Origin: Terriglobia bacterium
GTDB lineage: Bacteria; Acidobacteriota; Terriglobia; Bryobacterales; Bryobacteraceae
DNA length: 64,000 nt
Direction of reading: 5' to 3'
Assembly: GCA_963842485.1 (NCBI GenBank)
Contig: CAWJHI010000041.1
Span: forward strand, 1,536-65,535
Below, one piece after another: positions 29,838 through 39,579 of this stretch; position 1 is the stretch's first letter, and the number at the start of each line of letters is the position of its first letter. Below the pieces are notes generated by a model. That model saw only the letters and a program-made list of their open reading frames with translations. It was not told the DNA's origin and made no database searches. The translations under genes and the position numbers were made by a program.

Positions 29838-31628
29838 ATGCGGACGCTTTCGATCACGCATTTGGCCTAGTTTCGGGTGTGCTGCTCGTGACGCCCTTAG
29901 CTCGCGCCGGACGGCCCGCCATCGCTTTCCGGCGGAATTTTCGGACAGGTAGTCAGCACGCCCGGGCGTGGCGCAGATGGGCGCAACGGTCCTGCTGTAC
30001 GACCGGTACGATCAGCAGGTGCGTCGAGCCCTGACGAATGAGCAGGGCAAGTTCGCGTTCGATCAGCTTGAGCTCCGGACCTGTATTCGATCCGGGTTTC
30101 GCTCGCCAGCTTCGTTCCCGCGATTCGGCGGAATATCGCGGTCGCGGCAGGCTCTGAAAACCTGCTTCAGATCAGTCTGGCGAACCTGTTCAGCACAGTG
30201 GACCTGATTTCTTCGGGACCGTCGCGCGGTACTCTGATGACCGACGACTGGAAGTGGGTGCTGCGGTCGTCACAAGCCACGCGACCGGTGCTCCGGCTGC
30301 TGCCGGGTCCCAGCACGTCGAGCGCAAGCTCGCCCGGCTCGATCTTTTCAGATACCACCGGGTTGGTCCAGGTTTCTGCGGGAGACGGGGAGTCGTTCGC
30401 GGCTGGCAGCCAGCAGGACTTGGGAACGGCGTTTGCCCTGGCGACTTCGATTTTCGGGACCAGCCGGCTGCAGTTCAGCGGTAACATCGGGTACATCGGC
30501 AATTCGACTATTCCGACGGCGGGATTCCGCACTACATACTCACGCTCGCCGGATGGTGTTTCCGGTCCCGCAGGTGACGCTCACCGTTCGGCAGCTTTAT
30601 CTTCCCAATCGCGAGATCGGCGACGCGCAGCCGGCCCTGCGAACCGCTTCGCTTGGTCTGCGCGACTCGATCGATTTAAGCGAGAACCTGCGCCTGGAAT
30701 ACGGCATCAGCGTGGAGTCGCTGAGCTTCCTGGAACGGGTCACCTACATGAGTCCGTTCGCGCGCGCGACCTACGATTTGGGCAAGTTCGGCGCGGTGAA
30801 GTTTGCGTACTCAAGCGGTACGCAGCCGGCGGCATTTGCCGCGACGCACAATGCGAATCCGGAGTCCGGCGCAACTAATACGGCTTTGAATCAGGACCTG
30901 GCGGCGCTGGCGCAACTGCCGCAGATTTCGCGGCGCGACGATCAGGACAGGTGCAGCGGAATCAGGACTTCGAGTTCGGTTACCAGTACGTCGAGGGATC
31001 GCGCAAGTATTCGGCCAGCGTGTATAGCGAGATCGGTCAGCAATGCGACGCTGATGCTCTCGGACGCCGACAGGATTCCTGCCCAACACCGACACTCTGC
31101 CCGACCTCGGCGCCAACGATCGGATTTTCAACATCGGCAGCTATTCCCGCGTTGGCTACACCGCCGCCGGTCAAGCAATCGCTGGGCGATCACCTGGACG
31201 TGTCACTCGCCGGCCGGACATACCGGCGCGCTGTGGGCAGATCCGCGCCAGGCGACCGGGAATACCGGCGACGATGTGCGCGCGATGATACACGAAGTCG
31301 AACGGCCATGGCTCGCGGCCGGTCTTTCGACCACGATTCCGCTTTCGGGCACGTTCGTGATGACCGCGTACGGATGGACAGACCCGCGGGTGCTGATGCC
31401 TGACCATGTCTTCATGACCCAAGACATCAGCCAATCCACCGGGTTGAACATCCGCAGTTCGCCAGCCCCTGCCGTTGTTCTCCGGCATGGGCGGGCGGCT
31501 GGAGGCGACGGCCGAGCTTCGCAATATGCTCGCGCAGGGTTATTTGCCGCTCGACGTGGCCAACCGCAAGGCCCTGCTCACCAACTCACCCCGCATGGTG
31601 CGCGGCGGGTCTGGCCTTCATTTTCTGA
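29838..31628 (+). CDS. CarboxypepD_reg-like domain outer-membrane beta-barrel protein; at least 6 frame breaks
   Basis: Pieces 29968-30207, 30198-30878, 30433-31671, 30951-31403 and 31475-31660 join. N-terminal ATVLLYDRYDQQVRRALTNEQGKFAFDQL (regulatory-like fold). The barrel-type end RLEATAELRNMLAQGYLPL...SPRMVRGG-LAFIF* is restored by removing one G near 31608. Confidence 0.55.
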
Positions 31629-31922
31629 CGCCGTTTCAAGCGCCTGTTCCAAGGCTTTGACCACTCCGTAGATGGGGTTGGCTCCACTCTTGTAGGCTTC
31701 CAAAGCGCGACGCAATTCGACCGCGGAGACGCCGGACTGCTGGATGCGGGCGCGGTCCACCAGCCGGGCCGCCACCAGCATAGTGACCGGATTCTGCGGC
31801 GCAATCACGCCCAGCGTGGTTAAACGTCCGAGATTTTCGAGAAGCGTCCGGTACGGCATCGAGGGGATCGACTCCTCGGCTTGGCGCGCTTCGGTATCGA
31901 GAGAAAGATAATTCATGGACAT
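31578..31922 (-). CDS. hypothetical protein (~114 aa)
   Basis: GGAGG lies 6 nt before ATG 31922 (MSMNYLSLDTEARQAEES...). Helical-looking sequence with no family recognised. The 3' end overlaps the convergent barrel gene, so the C-terminus is uncertain. Confidence 0.4.
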   Translation of the reverse strand: MSMNYLSLDTEARQAEESIPSMPYRTLLENLGRLTTLGVIAPQNPVTMLVAARLVDRARIQQSGVSAVELRRALEAYKSGANPIYGVVKALEQALETASENEGQTRRAPCGVSW

Positions 31923-31978
31923 GGTCATCCTCCGGGATGCCGGACTCACTTCGAAATTAGTTGTTGGTTGGAACGAAA

Positions 31979-32065
31979 CTAACGGGGAGCCGAGCCTGCG
32001 ATAAGGCAGCTATCCACGCTAATGACTACGCTATTGATTGCGAACGCGGGTACGTCTGTCGACAC
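31979..32065 (-). CDS. possible 28-codon micro-ORF
   Basis: AAGGAGG lies 9 nt before a GTG. Reads VSTDVPAFAINSVVISVDSCLIAGSAPR*. Sits between a promoter-like element and the 31922 gene. There is no other support. Confidence 0.15.
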   Translation of the reverse strand: MSTDVPAFAINSVVISVDSCLIAGSAPR

Positions 32066-32100
32066 GATTAGCTGCCTCCTTTGGAATGAATCGGATCTTT

Positions 32101-32129
32101 ATATTAGCATAGATGGAAAAATGGGGCAA
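32101..32129 (-). promoter_or_regulatory. sigma70-like promoter TTGCCC-17 nt-TAATAT with adjacent palindrome
   Basis: On the minus strand: -35 at 32129-32124 and -10 at 32106-32101. The perfect palindrome GGAATTAAATTCC (32138-32150) sits just upstream of the -35 box. Confidence 0.3.
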
Positions 32130-32190
32130 TCGTTGCTGGAATTAAATTCCAATTAACAGTTTGCGGATTCACAGAATCGAAACTTTCGGA

Positions 32191-33199
32191 TCAAGCCGGC
32201 TGCTGCATCGTCATGCAATGGAGCGTCCCCAGGCCGAGGACCAAATCGCGGCACGGAATCCCGATCACGGCACGACCCGGAAACAGGCGGGAGAGCGTGT
32301 TCAACGCGATGCGATCGTTCGGATCGCCGAACACGGGCGCCAGAACAATGCGGTTCGCGATATAGAAATTCGCATAGCTGGCAGGCAGGCGCTGGCCATT
32401 GAAGTACACCGGCTCCGGCATGGGGAGGGTGGCGACGCGCAGGTCCCGCCGGGAGCGCAGGCGTGCGAGGTTTTCCTTCAGCGGATCGTGATTCGCGTCA
32501 GCGCGGTCCGGCTCGACCACGGTGACAACGGTATCGCGCGAAGTGAAGCGCGCCAGATCGTCGACGTGCCCATGCGTATCGTCACCGGCGATACCGCGGT
32601 TCAGCCAGATCACTTCCGTGACACCGAGGAATTTCCTGAAAGCCGCCTCCAGGGCCCGGCGCGACACGCCGGGGTTCCGGGCCTGCACGTCCGAAAGCAG
32701 GCACTCTTCGGTGGTCAGCAGCTTCCCCGCCCCGTTCCCGTCGATGCTGCCACCTTCGAGCACCAGTCCCGTCTCGATTCGTTCCAGGCTCAGAATTCTC
32801 GTGAGCGCCTGCGGGATGGCGCAGTCGCGCTCAAAGTTCGAGTACTTCGCCCAGCCATTGAAGCGCCAATGCGTGATCGCGATGCGGCGGCTTTTTACAA
32901 ACAGAGGGCAGTAGTCGCGGGTCCAACTCCGGTTGGTCGGAATGTGGAAGATTTCCACGGCGGAAACGTTGGCGCGGCATTTCTTGCAGAATACGGCGGA
33001 CGCGCTGTTCGGTGCTGGCGTCTTGAACCAGGATGCGGACGCGCTCGACGCGCGCCAGGTGCCGGACGATTTCGCCGTACAGCCACGGGATCGGCTGGAA
33101 CCTTCCGGGCCAATCGGATCTTTCGTGCGGCCAGGCGAGCCAAGTCGCTTCGTGCGGCTCCCACTCCGCGGGCATGCGGAGCTTCACTTGCCGAGCCAC
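32191..33199 (-). CDS. aguA: agmatine deiminase; one frame break near 32950
   Basis: N-terminus MPAEWEPHEATWLAWPH. Later motifs: TNRSWTRDYCPLFV, EGGSIDGNGAGKLLTTEECLL, GDDTHGHVDDLARF, LGLGTLHCMTMQQP. Confidence 0.85.
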
Positions 33200-34065
33200 C
33201 GGTTTAGAATCGGCGCGTAGGCGTCAATGCGCCGGTCCCGCAGGAAGGGCCAATTCTGCCGCACCTCTTCGATGCGGGCCGGATCGCACTCGACCACCAG
33301 CGTCTCCTCGGCGCTCCGCGAAGCTTCGGCGATTACCTGCCCGAAGGGATCGGCGACAAAGGAAGATCCCCAAAATTCAAGTCCGCTCTCCGCGCTGCCT
33401 TCATAGCCGACGCGATTCACAGCCGCTACGTACAAGCCGTTCGCGATGGCGTGGGCGCGCTGGATGGTTCGCCAAGCGTCGAGCTGCGCTTCGCCATACT
33501 GGGCTTTTTCTTTGGGATGCCATCCGATGGCAGTGGGATAAAACAGAATATTCGCGCCGCCGAGCGCCGAAAGGCGGGCGGCTTCCGGATACCACTGGTC
33601 CCAGCAAACCAGCACTCCCACGCGGCCGAATGGCGTTTCGAAATTCAAGAAGCCCAGGTCGCCGGGCGTGAAATAAAATTTTTCGAAATACAGAGGATCG
33701 TCGGGGATGTGCATCTTGCGGTAGATCCCGGCGATTTCTCCATTCGCGCCGATCACCGCGGCGGTGTTGTGATACAGGCCGGCCGCGCGCCGCTCGAACA
33801 GGGATGCGACGATGACTACGCCCAGCTCCCGCGCGAGCCGGCCCAGTTCGATGGTCGACGGGCCGGGAATCGGTTCGGCGAGCGCAAACAGGTCGTGGTT
33901 TTCCTCACGGCAGAAATACTGCGACCGGAACAGCTCCTGCAAGCAGACGATCTGCGCACCGTTTCCGGCGGCCTCGCGGATCCTCCATTCGGCTTTGGCG
34001 AAGTTTTCGTTGGGGTCCAGGGAGCAGCTCATCTGCACCAGCCCGACCCTGAATTTACCTGACAT
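33184..34065 (-). CDS. aguB: N-carbamoylputrescine amidase (carbon-nitrogen hydrolase)
   Basis: ATG at 34065 gives MSGKFRVGLVQMSC. Motifs: IVCLQELF, YRKMHIPDDPLYFEKFYFTPGD, GVLVCWDQWYPEAAR. Overlaps the aguA start by 16 nt. Confidence 0.85.
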   Translation of the reverse strand: MSGKFRVGLVQMSCSLDPNENFAKAEWRIREAAGNGAQIVCLQELFRSQYFCREENHDLFALAEPIPGPSTIELGRLARELGVVIVASLFERRAAGLYHNTAAVIGANGEIAGIYRKMHIPDDPLYFEKFYFTPGDLGFLNFETPFGRVGVLVCWDQWYPEAARLSALGGANILFYPTAIGWHPKEKAQYGEAQLDAWRTIQRAHAIANGLYVAAVNRVGYEGSAESGLEFWGSSFVADPFGQVIAEASRSAEETLVVECDPARIEEVRQNWPFLRDRRIDAYAPILNRWLGK

Positions 34066-34099
34066 TAGCTTTAGTCTAAAGGAAGGACGTGAGATTCGC

Positions 34100-35137
34100 G
34101 TGAATCCGGACACCATAAAACAGATCGCCGGCGAATGCGGATTTGAGTTGGCGGGCATCGCAGCAGCCGATCCCCCGGAGGACTTCGCGCGCTATGACGC
34201 GTGGGTGGCGCAGGGCCTGGCCGGCGAAATGCGGTATCTTACCGACCGCCGGGCGGAAGTGCGCCGCGACGTTCGCAAACTGCTGCCCAGTGCGCGATCG
34301 GTCATCTGCGTCGGCAAACTCTATAATCAGCTAAGCGCTCCGCCAGAACCGGGTGACGCGGTAATTTCGCGCTATGCGTGGGGCCAGGATTATCACGGCG
34401 TGATCCGAGCGGGGCTTGAACGGATGGTGGACCGGCTGACGGAACACGCGGCGCTTGATTGGAAAATCTGCGTCGACACCGCGCCGCTTCTAGAGCGGAC
34501 GTTCGCGCGGCTGGCTGGGCTTGGCTGGATCGGCAAGAATACATGCCTGATCAACGAGCCGCGCGGATCCTGGTTTTTTCTGGGCGAGCTGATCACGTCG
34601 CTGGAGCTTGCGCCCGATACCCCGCCGCCAGACCGCTGCGGCACCTGCACGCGCTGTATCGACGCTTGTCCCACCAAGGCGTTCGTTCCAGCCGGCGAGT
34701 CTCTTGACTCATGGGCCATCGATGCGAGAAGCTGCATCGCCTACTTCACCATTGAGCTGCGCGGGCCGATTCCCCAGGAGCATCGCGCCGCTATCGGGTC
34801 GCACGTGTTCGGCTGCGATATCTGCCAGGATGTCTGCCCCTGGAATGCGCGCGCGCCGGTCACGGAGACGTTCGAGGATCTGCATCGCGCGCCTCCGCTT
34901 GAAACCTGCGCCCGTCTTTCCGAAGCCGAGTTCAACCAGATGTTTTACGCGAGCGCCATGGCGCGGCCAAAGTACGCCGGGTTCCTGCGCAACGTCGCGG
35001 TGGCGATGGGGAATAGCGGGATCGAGCGATTCCGGGATCCGCTGGAACACTTAGCGCGCCACGCCGACCCCGTTGTCGCGGAGCATGCGCGGTGGGCGCT
35101 GGACGCATTGAATCGTGGTGCGGATGAGAGGACTTGA
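34100..35137 (+). CDS. queG: epoxyqueuosine reductase
   Basis: A GTG at 34100 follows AAGGAAGG. Motifs: ISRYAWGQDYH, GLGWIGKNTCLI, CGTCTRCIDACPT, FGCDICQDVCPWN. Confidence 0.85.
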   Translation: MNPDTIKQIAGECGFELAGIAAADPPEDFARYDAWVAQGLAGEMRYLTDRRAEVRRDVRKLLPSARSVICVGKLYNQLSAPPEPGDAVISRYAWGQDYHGVIRAGLERMVDRLTEHAALDWKICVDTAPLLERTFARLAGLGWIGKNTCLINEPRGSWFFLGELITSLELAPDTPPPDRCGTCTRCIDACPTKAFVPAGESLDSWAIDARSCIAYFTIELRGPIPQEHRAAIGSHVFGCDICQDVCPWNARAPVTETFEDLHRAPPLETCARLSEAEFNQMFYASAMARPKYAGFLRNVAVAMGNSGIERFRDPLEHLARHADPVVAEHARWALDALNRGADERT

Positions 35138-35202
35138 ACCTCCACTCCCTTGCGAGAACATGGACCTGAACCATGCGCGTCTGCCAATTCCGCCACATCC
35201 GC
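35116..35202 (-). tRNA. tRNA-Leu (anticodon CAG), class II, CCA encoded
   Basis: The reverse complement reads GCGGATG-TG-GCGG-AATTGGCAGAC-GCGC-ATGG-TTCAGGT-CCAT..., with T-arm GGAGG-TTCAAGT-CCTCT, then CATCCGC-A-CCA. Confidence 0.9.
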
Positions 35203-35263
35203 ACGATTGATGGGGTATTTCTATTCTCCAGGACTCGACCCCCGCGAGTCAATTCCGGGCGGT

Positions 35264-35752
35264 CTATTTCGCCGACCTGATTTCGAGGATCAGGCGCATT
35301 ACCAGCCCCTCGATCTCAGCCGCAACCGCGCGGTACACTTCTTCTTTCAATCCGATCGGGTCTCGCACCGGCCACTCGATCATGCGTGCGCGCGGCATCG
35401 CAAGCTTCACGCCGCTCATGTTGACGACGATGTCGAACGGTTCGTGCGAGATCGTATCTACTCCTTTGGGAAACTGGTCGTCGGTGCGCAGATTCTTTTC
35501 GCTCAGCACCTGCCGGGTCAGGGGCGCGATGATAGCCGCCGGAGTCAGACCCGCGCTGTGCACTTCGATCACGTCGGATCCGTAGGCGCGCGCGAAGGCT
35601 TCTGCCATCTGGCTGCGGCACGAATTGCCCAGGCAGACGAACAGTACCCGCTTTTTCGCGGCGGGAGCTTGCGAGCGGGGAGCGAAACCGTGTCCGCCCA
35701 GGCGCGGACGCCCGCCTCTTATGCCGCCGCCGGGCGGGTCTGCCGGTACCAT
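35264..35752 (-). CDS. low-molecular-weight phosphatase family protein (LMW-PTP/ArsC fold)
   Basis: CX5R(S) P-loop in VLFVCLGNSCRSQMAEAF. The downstream Cys pair of thioredoxin-coupled ArsC is absent, so protein-tyrosine phosphatase is more likely. The start is uncertain because the longest ORF overlaps the epimerase stop. Confidence 0.65.
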   Translation of the reverse strand: MVPADPPGGGIRGGRPRLGGHGFAPRSQAPAAKKRVLFVCLGNSCRSQMAEAFARAYGSDVIEVHSAGLTPAAIIAPLTRQVLSEKNLRTDDQFPKGVDTISHEPFDIVVNMSGVKLAMPRARMIEWPVRDPIGLKEEVYRAVAAEIEGLVMRLILEIRSAK

Positions 35753-36666
35753 TCGAGGGTCCTTTTCAATCCTTCTTCGATCGTGAAACGCGGCGCGTGG
35801 GCCAAATCAGCGGCGGCAGCCTGGGTATCCGCCATCGAATGGCGCACGTCCCCCGCGCGCGGCGGACCGTATGTTGCCGGCAGGTCCACTCCTTCCGTCT
35901 TTTGAAGCAGCCCCCAGATGAAGTTCAGCGTGAACCGACCGCCGTTCCCGGCGTTATACATCTTGCCCGCCGCCTGGGGAGCTTGGGCGGCCTTGATGCA
36001 TAACGCGGCCACATCTTCGACGTAAGTGAAGTCGCGCGACTGTTCGCCGTCGCCGAAAATCGTCGGCTGCGTGCGGGCCAGCAGATGCTTCATGAACAAG
36101 GACAGCACGCCGGAATAGGGACTCGTCGGGTCCTGCCGCGGGCCGTACACATTAAAGAATCGCAGCGCGACCGTCTCCAGTCCGAAGCAGGTATGAAACA
36201 CCGACGCGTAGTATTCGCCGACCAGCTTCTGCACGGCGTACGGAGATTTGGGCCGCGCCACCATGGTCTCGATTTTGGGTAGCGTCTCGCTGTCGCCGTA
36301 GGCTGATGACGACGCCGCGTACACCAGGCGCCTAACTCCGGCTGCGGCCGCGGCGCGCAGCACGTTGAAAGTGCCGTCGATATTGATTTCGTGGGACGGC
36401 ACCGGATCGTCGATCGATCGCGGCACCGATGGAATCGCGGCTAAATGATACACCACGTCCGCCCCGCGAATCACCGGAGGGAGGGCGGCCGCGTCGCGAA
36501 TGTCCACCTTGTGAAACTCGATTCGGTCGCGGACTTCGGCGAGATTGCTTTCATGCCCAGTCAGCAGGTTGTCGATCACCGCAACGGAGCCTCCGCCGTT
36601 CAGCAAGGTTCGGACCAACGTCGATCCGATGAAGCCCGCCCCTCCGGTTACTACGCATTTGCTCAT
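35719..36666 (-). CDS. NAD-dependent nucleotide-sugar epimerase/dehydratase
   Basis: 315 aa. Motifs: VVTGGAGFIGSTLV, SPYAVQKL (YxxxK), FFNVYGPRQDP. Confidence 0.8.
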   Translation of the reverse strand: MSKCVVTGGAGFIGSTLVRTLLNGGGSVAVIDNLLTGHESNLAEVRDRIEFHKVDIRDAAALPPVIRGADVVYHLAAIPSVPRSIDDPVPSHEINIDGTFNVLRAAAAAGVRRLVYAASSSAYGDSETLPKIETMVARPKSPYAVQKLVGEYYASVFHTCFGLETVALRFFNVYGPRQDPTSPYSGVLSLFMKHLLARTQPTIFGDGEQSRDFTYVEDVAALCIKAAQAPQAAGKMYNAGNGGRFTLNFIWGLLQKTEGVDLPATYGPPRAGDVRHSMADTQAAAADLAHAPRFTIEEGLKRTLEWYRQTRPAAA

Positions 36667-36696
36667 CGCGTTTTCAGTTTCGCATGATGCGCGTGG

Positions 36697-38103
36697 TTAG
36701 TCCCGCCTCGCGATGGCGATCAGAGATAAGCCGCGCCAGGGCATCAGACCGTCGGCGCGGCGCCAAAACCAGACGGTTTTGTCGAACAGCTTCAAAGCGA
36801 GCTTCGAAATTCGCTTTCGTCCAAACACCTTCCCCGAGATCCACCAGGCCATCGCGCCAATCTTGTTGAGCTGAATCAGACGCTCGACGTGGAAACCCGC
36901 GCCAGCAAGCATTTCCTGCATCTGCTGCGACGAAAACCGGTGTTTGTGGCCCATCGCCTGATCGAGCGGTCCGTACAGGCCCGGCCCTTGCGGCACCAGA
37001 ACGATCAGGTTTCCACCGGGTTTCAGGCAATCCCGCAACAACCCGATGACTGCCGCGGGCTTCTCTAGAGATTCGAGTACGTTCACGCACAGCGCCGTGT
37101 CGAACTGTCCGCGCCATTGAACGTAATCCTCGGGATTTTCCGGATCGAGCCGGCACACTGAGACGCTGGGGGTCCGCAGGAACCGGTTCCGAAGCGCGTG
37201 CAGATATAGCGGGTCATTTTCAGCCGCGACGTAATTCAGTTTGCGGGCCATCAGACGCCCGGTCAGATTGCCGAGCCCGGCGCCGATTTCGAGAACAGTA
37301 TCGCCCAGGTGCGGACGCAGCACGCGCGTCAGCCAGCTAAGATATTGGGGCGTTCCGGTCAGGCTGTTGAGCAGGCCGCGGCCATAGGGCGCGACGTACA
37401 GATCGTCGACCACCCAGAAGTACAGAATCACGCCCAAAGCCTTCAACCCGTCCTTCCATCCGATTTTCTTACCTTCCTCGTAGGTCCGGCCGTGATAGCT
37501 GATGGGCACCTCATACACGCGCAGCTTGCGCTTGGAGGTCTTCATGGTGATCTCCGGCTCAAAGCCGAAGCGATCCGAGCGGATCGGAATGCTCTTCAGT
37601 AGATCCGTGCGAAAAACTTTGTAGCACGTCTCCATGTCGGTCACGTTCAGATTGCTGAACATGTTCGAGACCAGCGTGAGTCCCTTGTTGATCACGGAGT
37701 GCCAGAACGGCAGCACGCGCGTCTGTCCACCGGCGAGATAGCGGGACCCGAATACGGCATCCGCGTGCCCATCGAGCAGCGGGCGGAGCAGCTTCTCATA
37801 CTCCGATGGATCGTACTCCAGGTCGGCGTCCTGCACCAGACAAAAATCGCCGGTCGCGTTTTGAATCGCGGTGCGGACGGCCGCACCCTTTCCCTGGTTC
37901 ACCGCATGACGGATCAGGCGAATGGACGGCTCGGATTCGGCCAGGCGCTTCAGAATGTCCGACGTGCCATCGGTGGAGCAGTCGTCCACCACCACCAGTT
38001 CGCGCGTCATGTTCTCCGGCAGCCCTGCGGCGAGCACCAGGGAAAGGCTCCGCTCCACCACCGTGCGTTCGTTGTAAACCGGAATCAGAATGGACAGGAG
38101 CAT
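36697..38103 (-). CDS. fusion of family-2 glycosyltransferase and class I SAM-methyltransferase domains
   Basis: 468 aa and intact. The N-terminal half has LSILIPVYNE, VVVDDCSTDGT and VQDADLEYDP. Putative TM segments are in the middle. The C-terminal half has VLEIGAGLGNLTGRL...LKPGGNLIVLVP. Confidence 0.7.
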   Translation of the reverse strand: MLLSILIPVYNERTVVERSLSLVLAAGLPENMTRELVVVDDCSTDGTSDILKRLAESEPSIRLIRHAVNQGKGAAVRTAIQNATGDFCLVQDADLEYDPSEYEKLLRPLLDGHADAVFGSRYLAGGQTRVLPFWHSVINKGLTLVSNMFSNLNVTDMETCYKVFRTDLLKSIPIRSDRFGFEPEITMKTSKRKLRVYEVPISYHGRTYEEGKKIGWKDGLKALGVILYFWVVDDLYVAPYGRGLLNSLTGTPQYLSWLTRVLRPHLGDTVLEIGAGLGNLTGRLMARKLNYVAAENDPLYLHALRNRFLRTPSVSVCRLDPENPEDYVQWRGQFDTALCVNVLESLEKPAAVIGLLRDCLKPGGNLIVLVPQGPGLYGPLDQAMGHKHRFSSQQMQEMLAGAGFHVERLIQLNKIGAMAWWISGKVFGRKRISKLALKLFDKTVWFWRRADGLMPWRGLSLIAIARRD

Positions 38104-38128
38104 GGGGAATCACTAAGTATAATTGGAA

Positions 38129-39010
38129 ATGGCTCCAAATCCTCAAATGACAAACGCCAGTGTGGTGCTCGAAACCAGCGTGCCCGGACTGAAGCTGCGC
38201 GGCCGCGGAAAAGTACGCGATATCTACGAAGACGGCGACCGCCTGCTGATCGTCGCCACCGATCGTATCTCCGCGTTCGACTACATTCTGGCTACTGGCA
38301 TCCCCGACAAGGGTCGAGTGCTGACGCAGATGACCCTGTTCTGGCTCGATTTTCTTCGCGACATGGTTCCGAATCATTTTCTGAGCTCGGACGTACCTGC
38401 GGGGCTCGAAGGGCGTGCGATGTGGGTGCGCCGGGCCCAGATGGTCGACGTGGAATGCGTCGCGCGCGGCTACATTTCTGGCTCCGGCTGGAAGGATTAT
38501 CAGCGCACGGGCGCTGTCTGCGGGATTGCCCTGCCGCAAGGTCTTCGCGAAAGCGATAAGCTGCCCGAGCCGATCTTCACTCCTGCCACCAAAGCGCAGA
38601 CCGGCCACGACGAGAACATTTCGTTCGAAACCATGGCGTCGATGGTGGGCGCGGATCTTTCCGCGAAGCTTCGCGACCTTACGCTCCGGATTTACCAGCG
38701 TGCCGCCGACTACGCGCGGTCGCGCGGCATCATCATTGCCGATACGAAGTTCGAATTCGGTCTCATCGACGGCCAGATCACCCTGGCGGACGAAGTCCTG
38801 ACACCGGATTCCTCGCGATTCTGGCCCCTCGTCTCGTATTCGCCGGGCGGGGCGCAGCCCTCCTACGATAAGCAGTACGTCCGCGACTACCTGGAATCGA
38901 TTCACTGGAATAAACAGCCTCCGGCGCCGGGTCTTCCGGATGACGTGGCTCGGCGCACCAGCGAAAAGTATAAGGAGGCCTACCGCGAGCTGACTGGAAA
39001 ATCGTTGTGA
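38129..39010 (+). CDS. purC: SAICAR synthase
   Basis: Motifs: GKVRDIYEDGDRLLIVATDRISAFD, ECVARGYISGSGWKDY, IIADTKFEFG. ATG at 38129; the listed ORF starts at TTG 38123. Confidence 0.9.
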   Translation: MAPNPQMTNASVVLETSVPGLKLRGRGKVRDIYEDGDRLLIVATDRISAFDYILATGIPDKGRVLTQMTLFWLDFLRDMVPNHFLSSDVPAGLEGRAMWVRRAQMVDVECVARGYISGSGWKDYQRTGAVCGIALPQGLRESDKLPEPIFTPATKAQTGHDENISFETMASMVGADLSAKLRDLTLRIYQRAADYARSRGIIIADTKFEFGLIDGQITLADEVLTPDSSRFWPLVSYSPGGAQPSYDKQYVRDYLESIHWNKQPPAPGLPDDVARRTSEKYKEAYRELTGKSL

Positions 39011-39579
39011 ATCTGCTCGACCTTCTGCTGGTCGTCATTGTCGGCGCGTCCGTCGTTACCGGATTCATGGCCGGATTCGCGCGCGTCGGAATCGGCTTTC
39101 TCGCGACGATTTGCGGGCTATTGTTCGGCTTCTGGTTCTACGGAATTCCCGCGGAGTGGTTTCATCGCCACATCAAGTCCGTCACCCTCTCGAACATGCT
39201 GGGATTCTTCCTGGTGTTTTTCGGATGCATGTTGCTCGGCTCGCTGATCGGTAAAATGCTCTCGAAACTTTTCAAATGGACCGGGCTCTCCTGGCTGGAC
39301 CGGCTCCTCGGCGGCGCCTTCGGATTCGTGCGCGGCAGCCTGATTGCCGTGGCGTTCGTGGCGGTGCTGCTCGCGTTCACGCCGAAACCGTTACCGAACT
39401 GGATGGTCGATTCGACCGTGCTTCCCTATGCCATCGACGCATCGGATCTTTGCGCCGATCTCGCACCCAACGCGATCAAGGACGCCTTCCGGGAAAGCAT
39501 GCACGACATCGAAAAGGTCTGGCAGGAGCAGTTGAAGAAGAAAAAGCGCAAGTCGGATCTGAAGGAAGTCGACAGTTGA
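39007..39579 (+). CDS. cvpA: CvpA-family membrane protein
   Basis: 190 aa. N-terminus MNLLDLLLVVIVGASVVTGFMAGFARV, 4 TM segments, WLDRLLGGAFGFVRG. Overlaps the purC stop. Confidence 0.75.
   Translation: MNLLDLLLVVIVGASVVTGFMAGFARVGIGFLATICGLLFGFWFYGIPAEWFHRHIKSVTLSNMLGFFLVFFGCMLLGSLIGKMLSKLFKWTGLSWLDRLLGGAFGFVRGSLIAVAFVAVLLAFTPKPLPNWMVDSTVLPYAIDASDLCADLAPNAIKDAFRESMHDIEKVWQEQLKKKKRKSDLKEVDS

Noticed and set aside
35116-35137. Overlap of the queG stop region with the tRNA-Leu gene on the opposite strand, as a functional link between a tRNA-modification enzyme and a tRNA.
   Set aside because: Queuosine is made in the GUN-anticodon tRNAs (Asp, Asn, His, Tyr), not in tRNA-Leu. The overlap is about 20 nt of a poorly conserved C-terminal tail and may simply reflect where the first stop happens to fall.
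38104-38128. TATAAT at 38118-23, 6 nt before the purC ATG, as evidence for a leaderless purC mRNA.
   Set aside because: The best -35-like hexamer (TGGACA at 38091-38096) is 21 nt away, which is too far, and there is no extended -10 TG. A single hexamer in a 25-bp divergent spacer is not enough.
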